Source: Trypanosoma brucei
Lineage: Eukaryota
NCBI GenBank assembly: GCA_000002445.1
Contig: CP000069.1
Location: forward strand, 416,001 to 480,000
Length of the DNA stretch: 64,000 nt
Reading direction: 5' to 3'
In this document: positions 19,316 to 30,045 of the stretch, one piece after another
How the letters are laid out: every line of letters starts with the position of its first letter
How positions within the stretch are numbered: position 1 is the first letter of the stretch
Notes under the pieces: model-generated
What the model saw: only the letters and a program-made list of their open reading frames with translations
The model's database searches: none
Told to the model about the DNA's origin: nothing
Translations under genes and position numbers: made by a program

Positions 19316-22300
19316 CTAATATGCAGTTTTAGCTGATCCACGCAAAAGATGAAACAAATCATTTACGCGGTTTGGGAATAAAGTATCGTCGCGTCCATCA
19401 CCACTTTCTTCACCGACGGCCTTCCGACAGCGTTCATACAAAACGATGTACGGAGTCTCATGCGGTCCGACGACACCGCTGGAACCTTTGAGGACAGCAT
19501 CAATATCCTTGGACTGTACCGACGATATGTGCGAGTCATTTGCTAACGCCCACAAGCCATCTTCGTCATTCTCCCTCTCCCCCTTTACCTCCGGGCATTC
19601 CTTCCCAGTTGAATCAGCGCCTGAAGGATGAAAAAGAAGTGAAAAATAGTGTCCGGAGTACACACCGGGCCCATTATGCAGCAAAACACCCCTCAGTTTG
19701 TATTGCACTTGGATGTCAACAAGCTCATCGCATTCTCCACGCTCCTCACGATGTGCGTTAGGATCAGGTGAGGTAATCATATTACCCATATTTCCATCAT
19801 CTTGACTACTATGGAGCGGTGAGCGACTTGATTTCCTTTCCACTCGAACTGGAACATGCAAACACTTCTCGATAGCCACTGCGTCCATCACTTTTTCGTG
19901 TGACTCCGAAGCGTGCGAGTACTGAAAGCGGTTCAGCTGCAAAATGAGGTAGTGTGGAATCCCTTCAACGGCGCTCTCTTCCACAACCCCTTGGGACTGT
20001 TCATCTTCCTCATTCTCAAAATGTGCACCTAACCCTGCCGAATGATTAACCGTTCCGTGCATGGCGGTGAACATCTCCGCCTGCTCATTGCTGCAACAAG
20101 ATTCACAGAATATCATATTTTCACCTTGAAGGACCTCCCTTGACTCGCGGTAGTTCAGAACCCTGCCGAGTAATTGCTGCAAGGACCGCTGAAAAGGCAC
20201 CCCTGCATTATTCTCATTCTCCTCAGCGTCGCACGACGCACAATCAGATTTACTTTCTACCCCTCTCATGGAAGCGTTATCCGTGTGATATGTGGTTATG
20301 GCCACACGACCATCGGCAGATAGTGCTATTTCTGTACTTTTGGAAATCTCCCGCTCATCGTTGGCAGTTGGCCCCTGAGCAGCGACACACGCAGATGATG
20401 TTACATGTGCTGCACCGTCACCATCACGGCGCAGTGGAACAGTAACAATCCAAAATGGGGCCCGCCGTGAGCGTGCCGCTCCGCATCCACTGCACTTAAT
20501 GGTGGACACGAGGTTCCCACCAAACCACCTTGAAACAAGCATGGGCCGCTGCTTCTCGTCTTTGCGTTTCCCAAACTTGGTGCCCGAATCAGAGCAGTCT
20601 TCATTGCTCTCATCTTGTCCCTCTATGTTGTCATTTTTTTCTGTAAACACGAAGTTGTCGATACGATCCATCAATGCCATAGCAAATTCGGAGGTATCGT
20701 GCTGGCGACCGTCGTTAAACGGCGGCGGCAAACATTGCTGCAGACGGTATGTATCAATGGCACAGCTATTATACCCGTTGCGTAGATGCCAGTGCATTTG
20801 GCTTAGAATAAGTGCTACCATAACAACTAGTTCGTCGGCACCACGAGAAAGCTTGTGGAAAACCGCCGTCGTCACTTTAGTTGAATCAACATTATTTTTT
20901 TTATTACTGTTGATGTCAGCGTTGCCGCCAGCGTCTTCGCCAACTTGCCCATCAGCAGCGCCTCGCTCGCTGAGTACCTGGAGGACACCGCGCACCAATT
21001 CCAAGCTAAAATATTTCGCGGTGAAAAGAAGCTGAAGAAAGCTATTTACGAAGCATGTATTTCCAGCATTCCTAAGGCCCAAGAAAAGTTGACAAACCGC
21101 AGAGACCGCCTCTCCCGATTCCTTACCACGCCGAGCAGCAGCCAAGTTGCCTAATCCGTCTGCCATTTCGAAGTTGTCGGCATTTCTTCTGGGGCCATCG
21201 AGTGACGGGGCTAATTTGACACCAGGTGCCGCATACAGTGGTTTCATTACCTCTCCGCTCGGGCAGCAGCTGGAAAGTTGTTTTCGACCCGCACCGTCGG
21301 CCCCACCTGATGAGTTTTTGTAATAATCTAGGAAAAGTCGGGGGATATGTCCCCGAAAGAGATTCGCCACTGTACTCAACTCATCTCTCGTCATATTTAC
21401 CGGCGTGCAGCACCGCTGCAGAGCTGGGAACACACTAAAGCATGCAAGGGAGAAGATGAGATGTGGCGTGGTGGATTTGGTAAACCTCCACACTTCTTCC
21501 GAAATCATTTCGAGGGCAATGCGTCCCACCATACTAATATCACCGACCACTGGCCTCGTCACCTCGGCCAAGTTCCCCAATGATTCTGTTATCAAGTGTA
21601 CGAAGGAGGGCACATCATTGTGCATTGAAGTCTTTAAGAGGGAACAAAACGCACTCACTGTGTACAAGCCGCTGCCATCCGCGGCTGGGCCGCCAACTGC
21701 ACACCCAGGAATGCTATCGGCAGGAATCGTATCATTAAGTGCAAAAATATGGAGCATCTTCAGTATTGAGTACGCCCTTTGGAGTAGCAAATGGATTACT
21801 ATTTGCTCGGATCGCCCATTATTGTTGTGACGGCAGTCAAATGGATCCTTGTGGCATCCGAAAAATTGCGCAGCAACCGGAACGCCATTCCGTTGCGCAA
21901 GCGGTGACTTTTTGAAATCGCTTATTTTCCTTGCGGCAGTCGAAAGGATCTCTCCCGCAACTCTGTGCAAACACCAAAGTGCTACGTCTAGTGGTGGAAG
22001 GGATGACTCAATACTGTCTGTCTCATCGTCGTGTGATAAGGGAGAAGTTGCTGTCTCTACTCTTCTTCTTCGTCTCCCTCGCCCACTGAAGGTTTCCTGC
22101 CGTGGCTTCGCGAAGTTGACGCCGAACGCGAGAAACCCAGAAACAGCTCCAGCAAAAAGCGATGGTTCAGCTGACCCAGCAAGGCTACTAAGAACGATCC
22201 CGGCAATGGTCCCATCGGCAGTCGCAAAATTGTTCTCCCCTGACCCCTCACTACTAACCTCATCCCTGCTCATTCCGGTTTCCCGTGAGCGGGTGAAGAC

Positions 22301-22639
22301 ATCCATCCGGGAATTATGGTAGGCCGTCTGCAGGGCGCTGCGCACCAAAGCTAACCCTAGCGGTGAAACATTTTCCACGTAATTACGACTCCTTTCGACG
22401 CGCATTCCAATATCTGATATGCGGCCAACAATAAAGTTTATGACATCGCGTTGACATGGTAGTGTAACTTTCTGAGATTGCCTAAAAAGGGCTGGTGAAT
22501 TAAGTTGCAGCAAAATATCAATAAGTGATGGTTGCGCACGCCGTTCCGCCTCTCCTTCCTCTATGGAGTATTGCTGCGAAAGAAAGTCACTGCCCGCACT
22601 AACCATCACACGGTCGGGTATTCCCTCCGGCTTCCGCAA
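19316..22639 (-). CDS. Ubiquitin carboxyl-terminal hydrolase (USP/UBP, peptidase C19 family), 1107 aa
   Basis: Cys-box GNTCFVNSFLQLLF and His-box YKLRGVLLHNGPGVYSGHYFSLLF, with a large insertion between the two boxes. Confidence 0.8.
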   Translation of the reverse strand: MRKPEGIPDRVMVSAGSDFLSQQYSIEEGEAERRAQPSLIDILLQLNSPALFRQSQKVTLPCQRDVINFIVGRISDIGMRVERSRNYVENVSPLGLALVRSALQTAYHNSRMDVFTRSRETGMSRDEVSSEGSGENNFATADGTIAGIVLSSLAGSAEPSLFAGAVSGFLAFGVNFAKPRQETFSGRGRRRRRVETATSPLSHDDETDSIESSLPPLDVALWCLHRVAGEILSTAARKISDFKKSPLAQRNGVPVAAQFFGCHKDPFDCRHNNNGRSEQIVIHLLLQRAYSILKMLHIFALNDTIPADSIPGCAVGGPAADGSGLYTVSAFCSLLKTSMHNDVPSFVHLITESLGNLAEVTRPVVGDISMVGRIALEMISEEVWRFTKSTTPHLIFSLACFSVFPALQRCCTPVNMTRDELSTVANLFRGHIPRLFLDYYKNSSGGADGAGRKQLSSCCPSGEVMKPLYAAPGVKLAPSLDGPRRNADNFEMADGLGNLAAARRGKESGEAVSAVCQLFLGLRNAGNTCFVNSFLQLLFTAKYFSLELVRGVLQVLSERGAADGQVGEDAGGNADINSNKKNNVDSTKVTTAVFHKLSRGADELVVMVALILSQMHWHLRNGYNSCAIDTYRLQQCLPPPFNDGRQHDTSEFAMALMDRIDNFVFTEKNDNIEGQDESNEDCSDSGTKFGKRKDEKQRPMLVSRWFGGNLVSTIKCSGCGAARSRRAPFWIVTVPLRRDGDGAAHVTSSACVAAQGPTANDEREISKSTEIALSADGRVAITTYHTDNASMRGVESKSDCASCDAEENENNAGVPFQRSLQQLLGRVLNYRESREVLQGENMIFCESCCSNEQAEMFTAMHGTVNHSAGLGAHFENEEDEQSQGVVEESAVEGIPHYLILQLNRFQYSHASESHEKVMDAVAIEKCLHVPVRVERKSSRSPLHSSQDDGNMGNMITSPDPNAHREERGECDELVDIQVQYKLRGVLLHNGPGVYSGHYFSLLFHPSGADSTGKECPEVKGERENDEDGLWALANDSHISSVQSKDIDAVLKGSSGVVGPHETPYIVLYERCRKAVGEESGDGRDDTLFPNRVNDLFHLLRGSAKTAY

Positions 22640-23497
22640 GGAAAAAAGTCTTTCCTCACCCTCGTCTCCAGCAAACTGTGCAAATGTACGTACTCACGTA
22701 CAGTTTTTATTCCTCACTCTTTAAAAAAAAAAAAGCGTATCGGCTCACGCGTCCTGCACTAGCACTTTGACGCCCTTGAGAATAAATGGGTGCCTATTTA
22801 TTTGCCTTACGGCCGTCTCACAATGTTTTTTGTTACTTCCCTACTTTATAATAGCAACAACAATTGTAACCGTTGCTGTTACTGCCCTTATATATAGGGT
22901 CTTAATGTGTATTCCCCTACTCTCGCTCAAGAGAAATGAAAAAAGGGGGTGAATAATCGAAAGACCACAACACATGTACGTACGCTGACGGGGAAAAGAT
23001 AGAAGGAAGAATGCACAGAATTCACCAAGGTGAAAGCGGAGGAGTTTGCGTGCAGATGGGATTGAGGAAGGAACAAGTGCACGTTCAATGAAGTTTCGGT
23101 TTTTACTTCACACGTGCATTTAGATTCTCCACCTCTCCACTTGACAGGCACGGGCAGACGTAAGACTACGCAAACCCCAAAAATTCACAACGACACAGAA
23201 AGATGTCTTTCCTTTTTCTGCTTGCCCCCACGTATTAACCTTTCCACTCAGCAAACCTCGTAGGTAAGTCACTGACTATTGCAGTGGTGCGCAGGCGATA
23301 GTGGAGAGTAAATCATAAAGTCAAGAGCCAAAGTCATTAGTCCCATCCGCTGCGCAGGCCTTCTCAACAAAAATGAGCTCACTGGTGATATCCATTATTT
23401 TCAACTTCTCACCGGTATCCGCGCATATGTGGCAACGAGAAATCGAAGAAAGACAAACTCCCATTGTGAGGATTCAAATTAGTCTGTACGAAACTGA

Positions 23498-25717
23498 TCA
23501 GCTAAGCGCAAGCAAGGAGGACCTCGCTTTAAACTCTCGCATGTTAACGGTCGCCATTCCCGTCAATTGCAGTTCCACTAACGATCGTATCAGCGATTCA
23601 TCCGAAAGCTGACAAATTCGCTGTATTAGAGAAAGTGGCACAAATTGCTGCTTAACGTTAGAGCTTGCCATCGCATGGGAGGTGAGAAGGTGCAATACTC
23701 GCACCGAGTCAGGAATTAGGGGACTGAAAAAGTTATTGTACGTCACACCACAGTACGTGTCTCCATGCCGCAGAGCCTCACTTGGAGTACCCTCATCACA
23801 TTTACCGCCGGCACACGGAAAGGCTCTTACAGCCTTCTGCACTTCCTCCAACGAGTCGTGCGGTGGGAGCACGGCCAAAAGGGTGGAGCGGAGCAACTCT
23901 GTTGCCAGCGACACCTTTGCGCCGGGTACGGCCATAATTGGTGGTAAAGAAAGGGGCCTTCTCATTACGTACTGTTGTTCCTGAGAAAGTTCGTCGCGAA
24001 TATACGCCCCAGAGCCTGTTAATGCGTTAGGCACGAACACCGGAACGCAGCTGGTCAGTGCCTTGGACAAATCGGTAGGCCCCACCGACTTCGGCGATAA
24101 GCGCTCCACATACGCGGTCAAACCGGGTATACGTTTCAGCCGCGTCAGCCTACCGAAAACAAGGTCTTCGTACAGTACAGCGAACGCAACAGCCTCATTC
24201 AATAGATGACCATCTGCCCATTCACAAGCGGCAGCGAAGAGGATGTTCAGAAGCTCGATGCTATTAGAAAGCTGTGTCATATTCTCATGGTAGCCTCTCG
24301 ATGTCCCCTGCACCACATTTGCTGGAGAAGTTGTGACATCATTAGCCTCACTCATTGTGGCATGCATCGAGGAGGATAGTGCGAAGGGAGAGAGCAGTGA
24401 ATGGAGACCCACCACGACATCCGAAAGTTGGTGTCGAAACGCCCAGAGCGACTGCAACTGCCGAAGCAACAACGGCGGCAGTATCACTGGGAAACGGCGA
24501 AGGGCCTCTCGCAGAAAGCAACAGAAGGGTAAATTTTCGTACCGAACAAAAAATAAACTCGGTTTGGACCCTTGCAATTTCGCGGCGTTTTCTTGCTCGT
24601 TTTTTCCATGGTTCACGCTGTTGCCGTCGCAACTACCATCCGCCTCGACACCACGTGATTCCATTGGAGCGCTCAGCCACAATTTAAGACGCTCAAGGAA
24701 TGGTACACATTCATTTTCCTCACCACCACCACTATCAACATCCTGCCGGCGGTGCAACATTCGATCAGCAGATCCTTGGAACAGTTTCACGCAATAGTGA
24801 CAACTCATAGGACCTCTCAGCGACTCCTCAAGCAGTGCGCCGCCGTAAGCGAGATCGTCCGGGAGCAGAAGTACAGAGAAGCGAATACGAGTGCGTCGAG
24901 TTGACTGCCTCACGCGACATAGAGCAGATAGCGAACTAATGTCATACAGAAGCAGTGTCAGAGGATCTTTTGTACGCCGCGACCTTTCAGTTGCAGAACT
25001 ACAGTTTCCGCCACCTACAGCAGCACGTTGTGCATTTCCCGCATTTGCACAGCACCGAACAATAAACAGTGCATATTTAACGCATAGACCGCAACCCCGT
25101 CCATGCAGTTGTACCTGTGCGCGACGTCTTGGGTTATGGAAGTCTGTGTGTGCGACTCGCTCCGCTAATCCGGATTTTTCATCATCGTCTCTACGGCGCT
25201 TCGCGCCCGAAAGGTAAATGTTACTGCAGTCGACACCTGTATCCCCTTCTCCTTCTTTCCCATCCTCCGCGTAAACGGCATCGCACCAATTCCGCGCCGC
25301 CTCTATACAATTAAGTCGTAGCACGCTGGCACTGGCATTGTAGGCACTTGCCCCCCGAGAACTGTCTTCAAGGCCCCGACAGTCGGGCATCAAGTTTACG
25401 GTGAAGACACGAAATCCCCGTCTCTCAAAGTCTTGTACGAGCGCGACTCGCTCCTGATGGGATGTAGAGGGTGCGAGAGAAACCTCTGCTGCTATAGCAA
25501 GTGGCAGGAACCCGTAGCAACCAAGTAGAGTGTTGGGTATCTGGAGAGAATCACTTTTAGTGTCACCGTCTCCGTCGGCCCGATTCAAAACTGTTGAAGG
25601 GCTCTCCTCCCAGGCCTCTCCACGGAGAAAGGCAAGTAGTGCATTGATTCCTTCGGACATGAGTAGGGCCGCGACTCGCGCAGCAGCTCCATCGAGTATA
25701 GCGAGAACATCACTCAT
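23498..25717 (-). CDS. Hypothetical protein, 739 aa. No recognised domain
   Basis: Long uninterrupted minus-strand ORF in a sensible position within the gene array. Confidence 0.6.
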   Translation of the reverse strand: MSDVLAILDGAAARVAALLMSEGINALLAFLRGEAWEESPSTVLNRADGDGDTKSDSLQIPNTLLGCYGFLPLAIAAEVSLAPSTSHQERVALVQDFERRGFRVFTVNLMPDCRGLEDSSRGASAYNASASVLRLNCIEAARNWCDAVYAEDGKEGEGDTGVDCSNIYLSGAKRRRDDDEKSGLAERVAHTDFHNPRRRAQVQLHGRGCGLCVKYALFIVRCCANAGNAQRAAVGGGNCSSATERSRRTKDPLTLLLYDISSLSALCRVRQSTRRTRIRFSVLLLPDDLAYGGALLEESLRGPMSCHYCVKLFQGSADRMLHRRQDVDSGGGEENECVPFLERLKLWLSAPMESRGVEADGSCDGNSVNHGKNEQENAAKLQGSKPSLFFVRYENLPFCCFLREALRRFPVILPPLLLRQLQSLWAFRHQLSDVVVGLHSLLSPFALSSSMHATMSEANDVTTSPANVVQGTSRGYHENMTQLSNSIELLNILFAAACEWADGHLLNEAVAFAVLYEDLVFGRLTRLKRIPGLTAYVERLSPKSVGPTDLSKALTSCVPVFVPNALTGSGAYIRDELSQEQQYVMRRPLSLPPIMAVPGAKVSLATELLRSTLLAVLPPHDSLEEVQKAVRAFPCAGGKCDEGTPSEALRHGDTYCGVTYNNFFSPLIPDSVRVLHLLTSHAMASSNVKQQFVPLSLIQRICQLSDESLIRSLVELQLTGMATVNMREFKARSSLLALS

Positions 25718-26123
25718 TCACTTCTTACAAAACACAAGAGAGCACGAACGGTGTCTCTCCCGTCTTTGTTGTGATTTCGATAGAGAAATTGGGTGACAAA
25801 AAAAAAAGGTCAGGTATGCATAAAAGCACAAACACATATGTATTTATTTATTAAGACATTCACATAATTCACAAAATCTGTCTTTTTCGGAGAAAGGGAG
25901 TGACATGGTGTGTTTCACGCACGCCCTGAGCTTTGGTGACGAGGAAGCAACGAGACCTTTATAATGATAACTTGTCGAACTCGGTAACACCCTCGCCATC
26001 GCCACAACACGGCACGCTCACGCGCACCACGACACGGTAGCAGAAAAAGTACTTGTTTAAGCTACAAAACGTAATTTCAGCACCCGCGCAACGGCGTGCC
26101 CCTTTTCGCTCTCATACAGTCAA

Positions 26124-27590
26124 CTAAGCGGGGGTGATTGTTTCTGCCGACGCCACGGCGTGGCAGTACTTCGAGCAATATAGGGTCCCGTCGACGGTGG
26201 AACTCCCACAATCACGATGCATTTTATTCCCACACCTGCACACCAACAATTCCTCCACTTCGCCGTACAATTCACACACGACGCAACACAGGGGCTCCCC
26301 AGGGTTCGTTGTAAAACCGTCCACGGAAGTGGCGTTATTTGCCCCATTCTTCGATGCAACACTTCGCTTCATGTTCGTGAGTGCGGGAAACAATACTTGC
26401 CCCACGTCACCGAACATTTGTATGTACGATTTATGCTCTTCTGCTGCCTCTTTTTCACGCTGTTTTGACGCAGCGGCTGTTCCCGCAGCCACAGCATCCC
26501 TACTCGTCTTCGCTGCACGCACCGCAGCATCATCCATATTGAGCTTCGTTGCGATACGAGCCATGCGCGCTTCCTCACGCTTTTTCCTGTCCCTGTAGTA
26601 TTTATCGTCGCTGTAGTCATCGTCACTGCTCCCGCCTCCCTCACTATCGCTGCTGCCACTAGTGCTACTATCGCTACTGTCAGCGGCGCTGTCACCATTC
26701 CTATCGCTAACATCAGCGGCAGCGTTCACATCTATGTTCTCTACCTTTTCGGCAAGCGCTTCACCTTCTCCATCACCATCACCGGCATCCGTAACTTCAC
26801 CTGATGCTGCTTTTAGGGGTCGTCTTTCAGGCACTACAGGCGGCTTGGGAAGTGGTGGCACGTCATGCACCTCCAATTCATCGTCTTGAACCATGGGCGA
26901 AACCGCGGTGGCCCTCGGAGAAACGGAACACTTTACGGTTACTTTGGTGAGTTTGATTGCACACTTGAGAAAGTGCAGTAGGCGTCTGTGAGAGTCAGCA
27001 CTCACGACGCGCTTTCCAACCAGTTGCGCAAGCAATATATTGCCTGCTGTGCCCCAGCAATTCATCATACGGGTAGCCACAGACGATGGCCCCCCTAAAG
27101 AACTTTTGTTATCGCCGGAACCGGAGAAGGAGCTGACGACTTGGTCCACAATACCAGCCACCACGGCATCAGGTAATAATATCTGCCGCTGGAAGCTAAG
27201 TGGTAGTTCTACTCGCTGCTCTATATTTGCTGCTTTACTGCCCAATCTCCGTTTTTCGTAGTTGTCACGATGTAGCCGCCTTGCGTATTCTGTAGCTATA
27301 TCCATAAGCATTTCAACTCCTTGTAATGCCATAACGTCCTCACCACCGCTGCCGGCATTGCCAGCTAAAGCTCCATGTAGAGGTTGGACTGCATCACTTC
27401 CATCTTGCTCTTTTTTCATTATATGAAGAGCACCGAGGAGTCTCATTGCCTGCGAAATCTCGAGGCGACGACCTTGCCATCGCTGAATCGCAACGACGGC
27501 AACACTGCGAAGATCGGACCTCCGCCCCATTAATGGGTCACTTGTGCAGTCGAAGTAAAGGAAGAAGTTAAGCATGAGCGCATGGTCCAA
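26124..27590 (-). CDS. PHD-type zinc-finger protein (488 aa) with an acidic, Ser/Asp-rich central tract
   Basis: The C-terminal CVVC-x12-CRC-x4-H-x2-C-x11-C-x3-C fits the C4HC3 PHD pattern. An SDSS/DDD acidic run lies upstream. Confidence 0.6.
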   Translation of the reverse strand: MDHALMLNFFLYFDCTSDPLMGRRSDLRSVAVVAIQRWQGRRLEISQAMRLLGALHIMKKEQDGSDAVQPLHGALAGNAGSGGEDVMALQGVEMLMDIATEYARRLHRDNYEKRRLGSKAANIEQRVELPLSFQRQILLPDAVVAGIVDQVVSSFSGSGDNKSSLGGPSSVATRMMNCWGTAGNILLAQLVGKRVVSADSHRRLLHFLKCAIKLTKVTVKCSVSPRATAVSPMVQDDELEVHDVPPLPKPPVVPERRPLKAASGEVTDAGDGDGEGEALAEKVENIDVNAAADVSDRNGDSAADSSDSSTSGSSDSEGGGSSDDDYSDDKYYRDRKKREEARMARIATKLNMDDAAVRAAKTSRDAVAAGTAAASKQREKEAAEEHKSYIQMFGDVGQVLFPALTNMKRSVASKNGANNATSVDGFTTNPGEPLCCVVCELYGEVEELLVCRCGNKMHRDCGSSTVDGTLYCSKYCHAVASAETITPA

Positions 27591-27903
27591 GGAAAATTAC
27601 GTACACGCATCTCCGTTATTCGTTTATGAACATGCTCAGCGTTAATATGAGCCAAGGAAAATGACGGGGAGGGAGGCAGAATAATACGCAAACAAGTGCT
27701 TGCACGCTTCGGTACACACCCCTCACCAATAACAAAAAATAGTAGTAAGAGTGACAGAGGGTTTTACCTTATGGTGTTGCATTCTCCTGAATCCTAACTT
27801 CATGCTATATCCGAAACCTCCGGTACCCGCAAGTAATTCAGTAATGGTTTACAACCCCAACGATTATTACTCTTTTCACGTGTTTATGTTGTCAACGGTA
27901 AAA

Positions 27904-29937
27904 TTACTTTGGGTTTTGTTTGCTCAGCAGCACAACCCGGCGTCGTGACACACAACGCTCACTAACTCCCAGGGGATAATAAAGTACACGGCACCACATG
28001 GGGGTTCTCTCAGCATCTAGTAACCAGTGTGTTTGACCCTCCCCAATTTCATATTTGAAGACGTCACGCGGAAAATCAGCACTTTCCTGGTCGTCTTCGT
28101 TAGGGCTGACGGTGTCGAATACAGCGTCACAATCCTTTGCAACATCTTGCACAAATTGCTCGGGTATTGCCTTATTAAGATCATTCACCCCTTCAGCACC
28201 ACATTGACATGTCGCGTTGCCATCACCTGACGCAAAGGGAAGCGGCATGGCACAGTCCACACCCAGACTCCGTATAAAGGCAATCCGAGCATGAAGTGGA
28301 TCGAGAAAAAATGATGAGGGAAAGCGGTACCACTCACGGCCTACGCAAAGTGTATAAAGAGTTTTCTCGCCCTTCTGTGGGGCATCACTTGCCTTTCGCC
28401 TGGCCAGCTCTCGTACCGTAGCGTAATTGTCATAGAGCTTCTGCTGTGGTCCCACGTAGAATTTGTGGATGGCCGCTGTGCGTGATAGGGAAACCGTTAC
28501 AATAAAAGACAACACAATGCAGCCCGTAGTGAGAAAGAAGGTGTGGCGCATGCGTTGGAGCCAACAGCCAGGGAGTTGTTTGCGGCGGCCACTGGGTTCA
28601 GCTCTCGTACTCGCGCTATGTAGCACCGCTCCGTTCTCGCTGTTCACAGATCTCGCGGTTCCTGCAAACGTAAGGTGTGTAAATGACAACGCAGCGGCCA
28701 GTGCGAGAAATGGAAAAGCGGGGGACATAAACCGCTCTTCTTTGTGTGACACCTTCAGCCAAAAGGCAAACCACAAAAAGAAGGGTGAAATGTAAAGCAA
28801 TCCTCGTCCACGCGAAACCGTAGGTTCGACTGGCCTAGTATCTGGCTTGGTGGTCGGCGACTTCTGTGTTTTCCGCCCCTTTTCCCCAGTCGTCTCTCCA
28901 GCATCAATCTCATCAGAATTCGTTGTCGCATTACTCACCCATGATGTCGTCGAGGGCTTAAGCAATACGACAAAGGGAGATAGAAGGCAAGCAACAAACA
29001 TCAGATGCGCGTTCAAGAGTAAATTCTTAAAAAAGAAGTACCACGGTTCGACACCGTAGAGCTCGGGACCACGTCCCTCACCTCCCATAAACATGTTGTA
29101 CCGCACGAGATTCAAAGCGCTCCACGTGATTTTGCCATTGCCACCATGGCAACCATTGTAATATAGTGTGTCAAAATACACGGAAAGTGGCACAACAACT
29201 GCGAGTGAAAGTAATAGCGAAACGGTAGAGGCGAGGGGAAACCTCACGAGCATATCCAATGCCATCGGCACCGCCAGCAAGGCGGCGAAAGGCCAACCAA
29301 TCACTGTGGATGAGACAACGGAGAATACGGTGCCGAAAATAGCGAAATTTATGGCCTGGAACTGCGAGCCACCCATCACCGACCTTTTCATTCTTGATGG
29401 AACCTTCCCTTCGACACGGGTGATACATTTCACAAGACTGCCGTCCGTTCGTAGCCAGCAACCCACCGCAACAAAGTAATTTATCATGGCGTAACTTGTG
29501 GGCAGGATACTCACTGCTGCATGTGTGATGGGGTAATTAAACAAAAGAAGTGTGAGTGCTGCCGCTGCAACTCGTTTACCAAACACCTTCCTAACGCCAC
29601 CAACGAAAAAAATCTCGCTTAGCGCCGTGACAACACCGCTAAATGCTCGAAGGAGAAAGTACACATCTATGTTACGCAGCCCTGAGGGGTTGTATATGCT
29701 AACAGCCTTGCTAATTATCGTTATAGGACCGACGTAGAGCCATGAAAAAAACCACGACCGCAGCGCAAAGCGAGGACAGTTCTCCCACGTTTGAAGGCCA
29801 CTGCCGTACATCAAGAAGTGCATCGGCTCCAAGAAATTGAATGTTTCATCGCAATCAGCAATAGGAAGAATGTACGAGGCAAAACAATGACTAAGCACTA
29901 AAAGCACCGCCCCGAGAAAGAGCCACATGCCAAGCAC
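27904..29937 (-). CDS. ALG9: ALG9-type dolichyl-P-Man alpha-1,2-mannosyltransferase (GT22 family), 677 aa, polytopic membrane protein
   Basis: N-terminal ILPIADCDETFNFLEPMHFLMYGSGLQTWE...ALRSW motif and C-terminal CVGREWYRFPSSFFL motif. Both match the ALG9 signatures as I recall them (human ALG9: IADCDETFNYWEPTHYL and CVGKEWYRFPSSFLL). Confidence 0.8.
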   Translation of the reverse strand: MLGMWLFLGAVLLVLSHCFASYILPIADCDETFNFLEPMHFLMYGSGLQTWENCPRFALRSWFFSWLYVGPITIISKAVSIYNPSGLRNIDVYFLLRAFSGVVTALSEIFFVGGVRKVFGKRVAAAALTLLLFNYPITHAAVSILPTSYAMINYFVAVGCWLRTDGSLVKCITRVEGKVPSRMKRSVMGGSQFQAINFAIFGTVFSVVSSTVIGWPFAALLAVPMALDMLVRFPLASTVSLLLSLAVVVPLSVYFDTLYYNGCHGGNGKITWSALNLVRYNMFMGGEGRGPELYGVEPWYFFFKNLLLNAHLMFVACLLSPFVVLLKPSTTSWVSNATTNSDEIDAGETTGEKGRKTQKSPTTKPDTRPVEPTVSRGRGLLYISPFFLWFAFWLKVSHKEERFMSPAFPFLALAAALSFTHLTFAGTARSVNSENGAVLHSASTRAEPSGRRKQLPGCWLQRMRHTFFLTTGCIVLSFIVTVSLSRTAAIHKFYVGPQQKLYDNYATVRELARRKASDAPQKGEKTLYTLCVGREWYRFPSSFFLDPLHARIAFIRSLGVDCAMPLPFASGDGNATCQCGAEGVNDLNKAIPEQFVQDVAKDCDAVFDTVSPNEDDQESADFPRDVFKYEIGEGQTHWLLDAERTPMWCRVLYYPLGVSERCVSRRRVVLLSKQNPK

Positions 29938-30021
29938 CTTTTGACGAAACTAATTTGTACCCCCTTTTCCTCCTATGACTTCAAGGACACACAAACACAA
30001 AGACAAAAAAGAAAAAAACGT

Positions 30022-30045
30022 ACACACACACACACACAGACACAG
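30022..30045. repeat. (CA)n microsatellite. Nearby are (CCCT)5 at 30393..30414 and (GGAA)5 at 30554..30575
   Basis: Read directly from the sequence. Confidence 0.9.

Noticed and set aside
20499-21035. 178-aa and 157-aa plus-strand ORFs (20499..21035, 21849..22322)
   Set aside because: Both are antisense to the 1107-aa USP CDS. No motifs.
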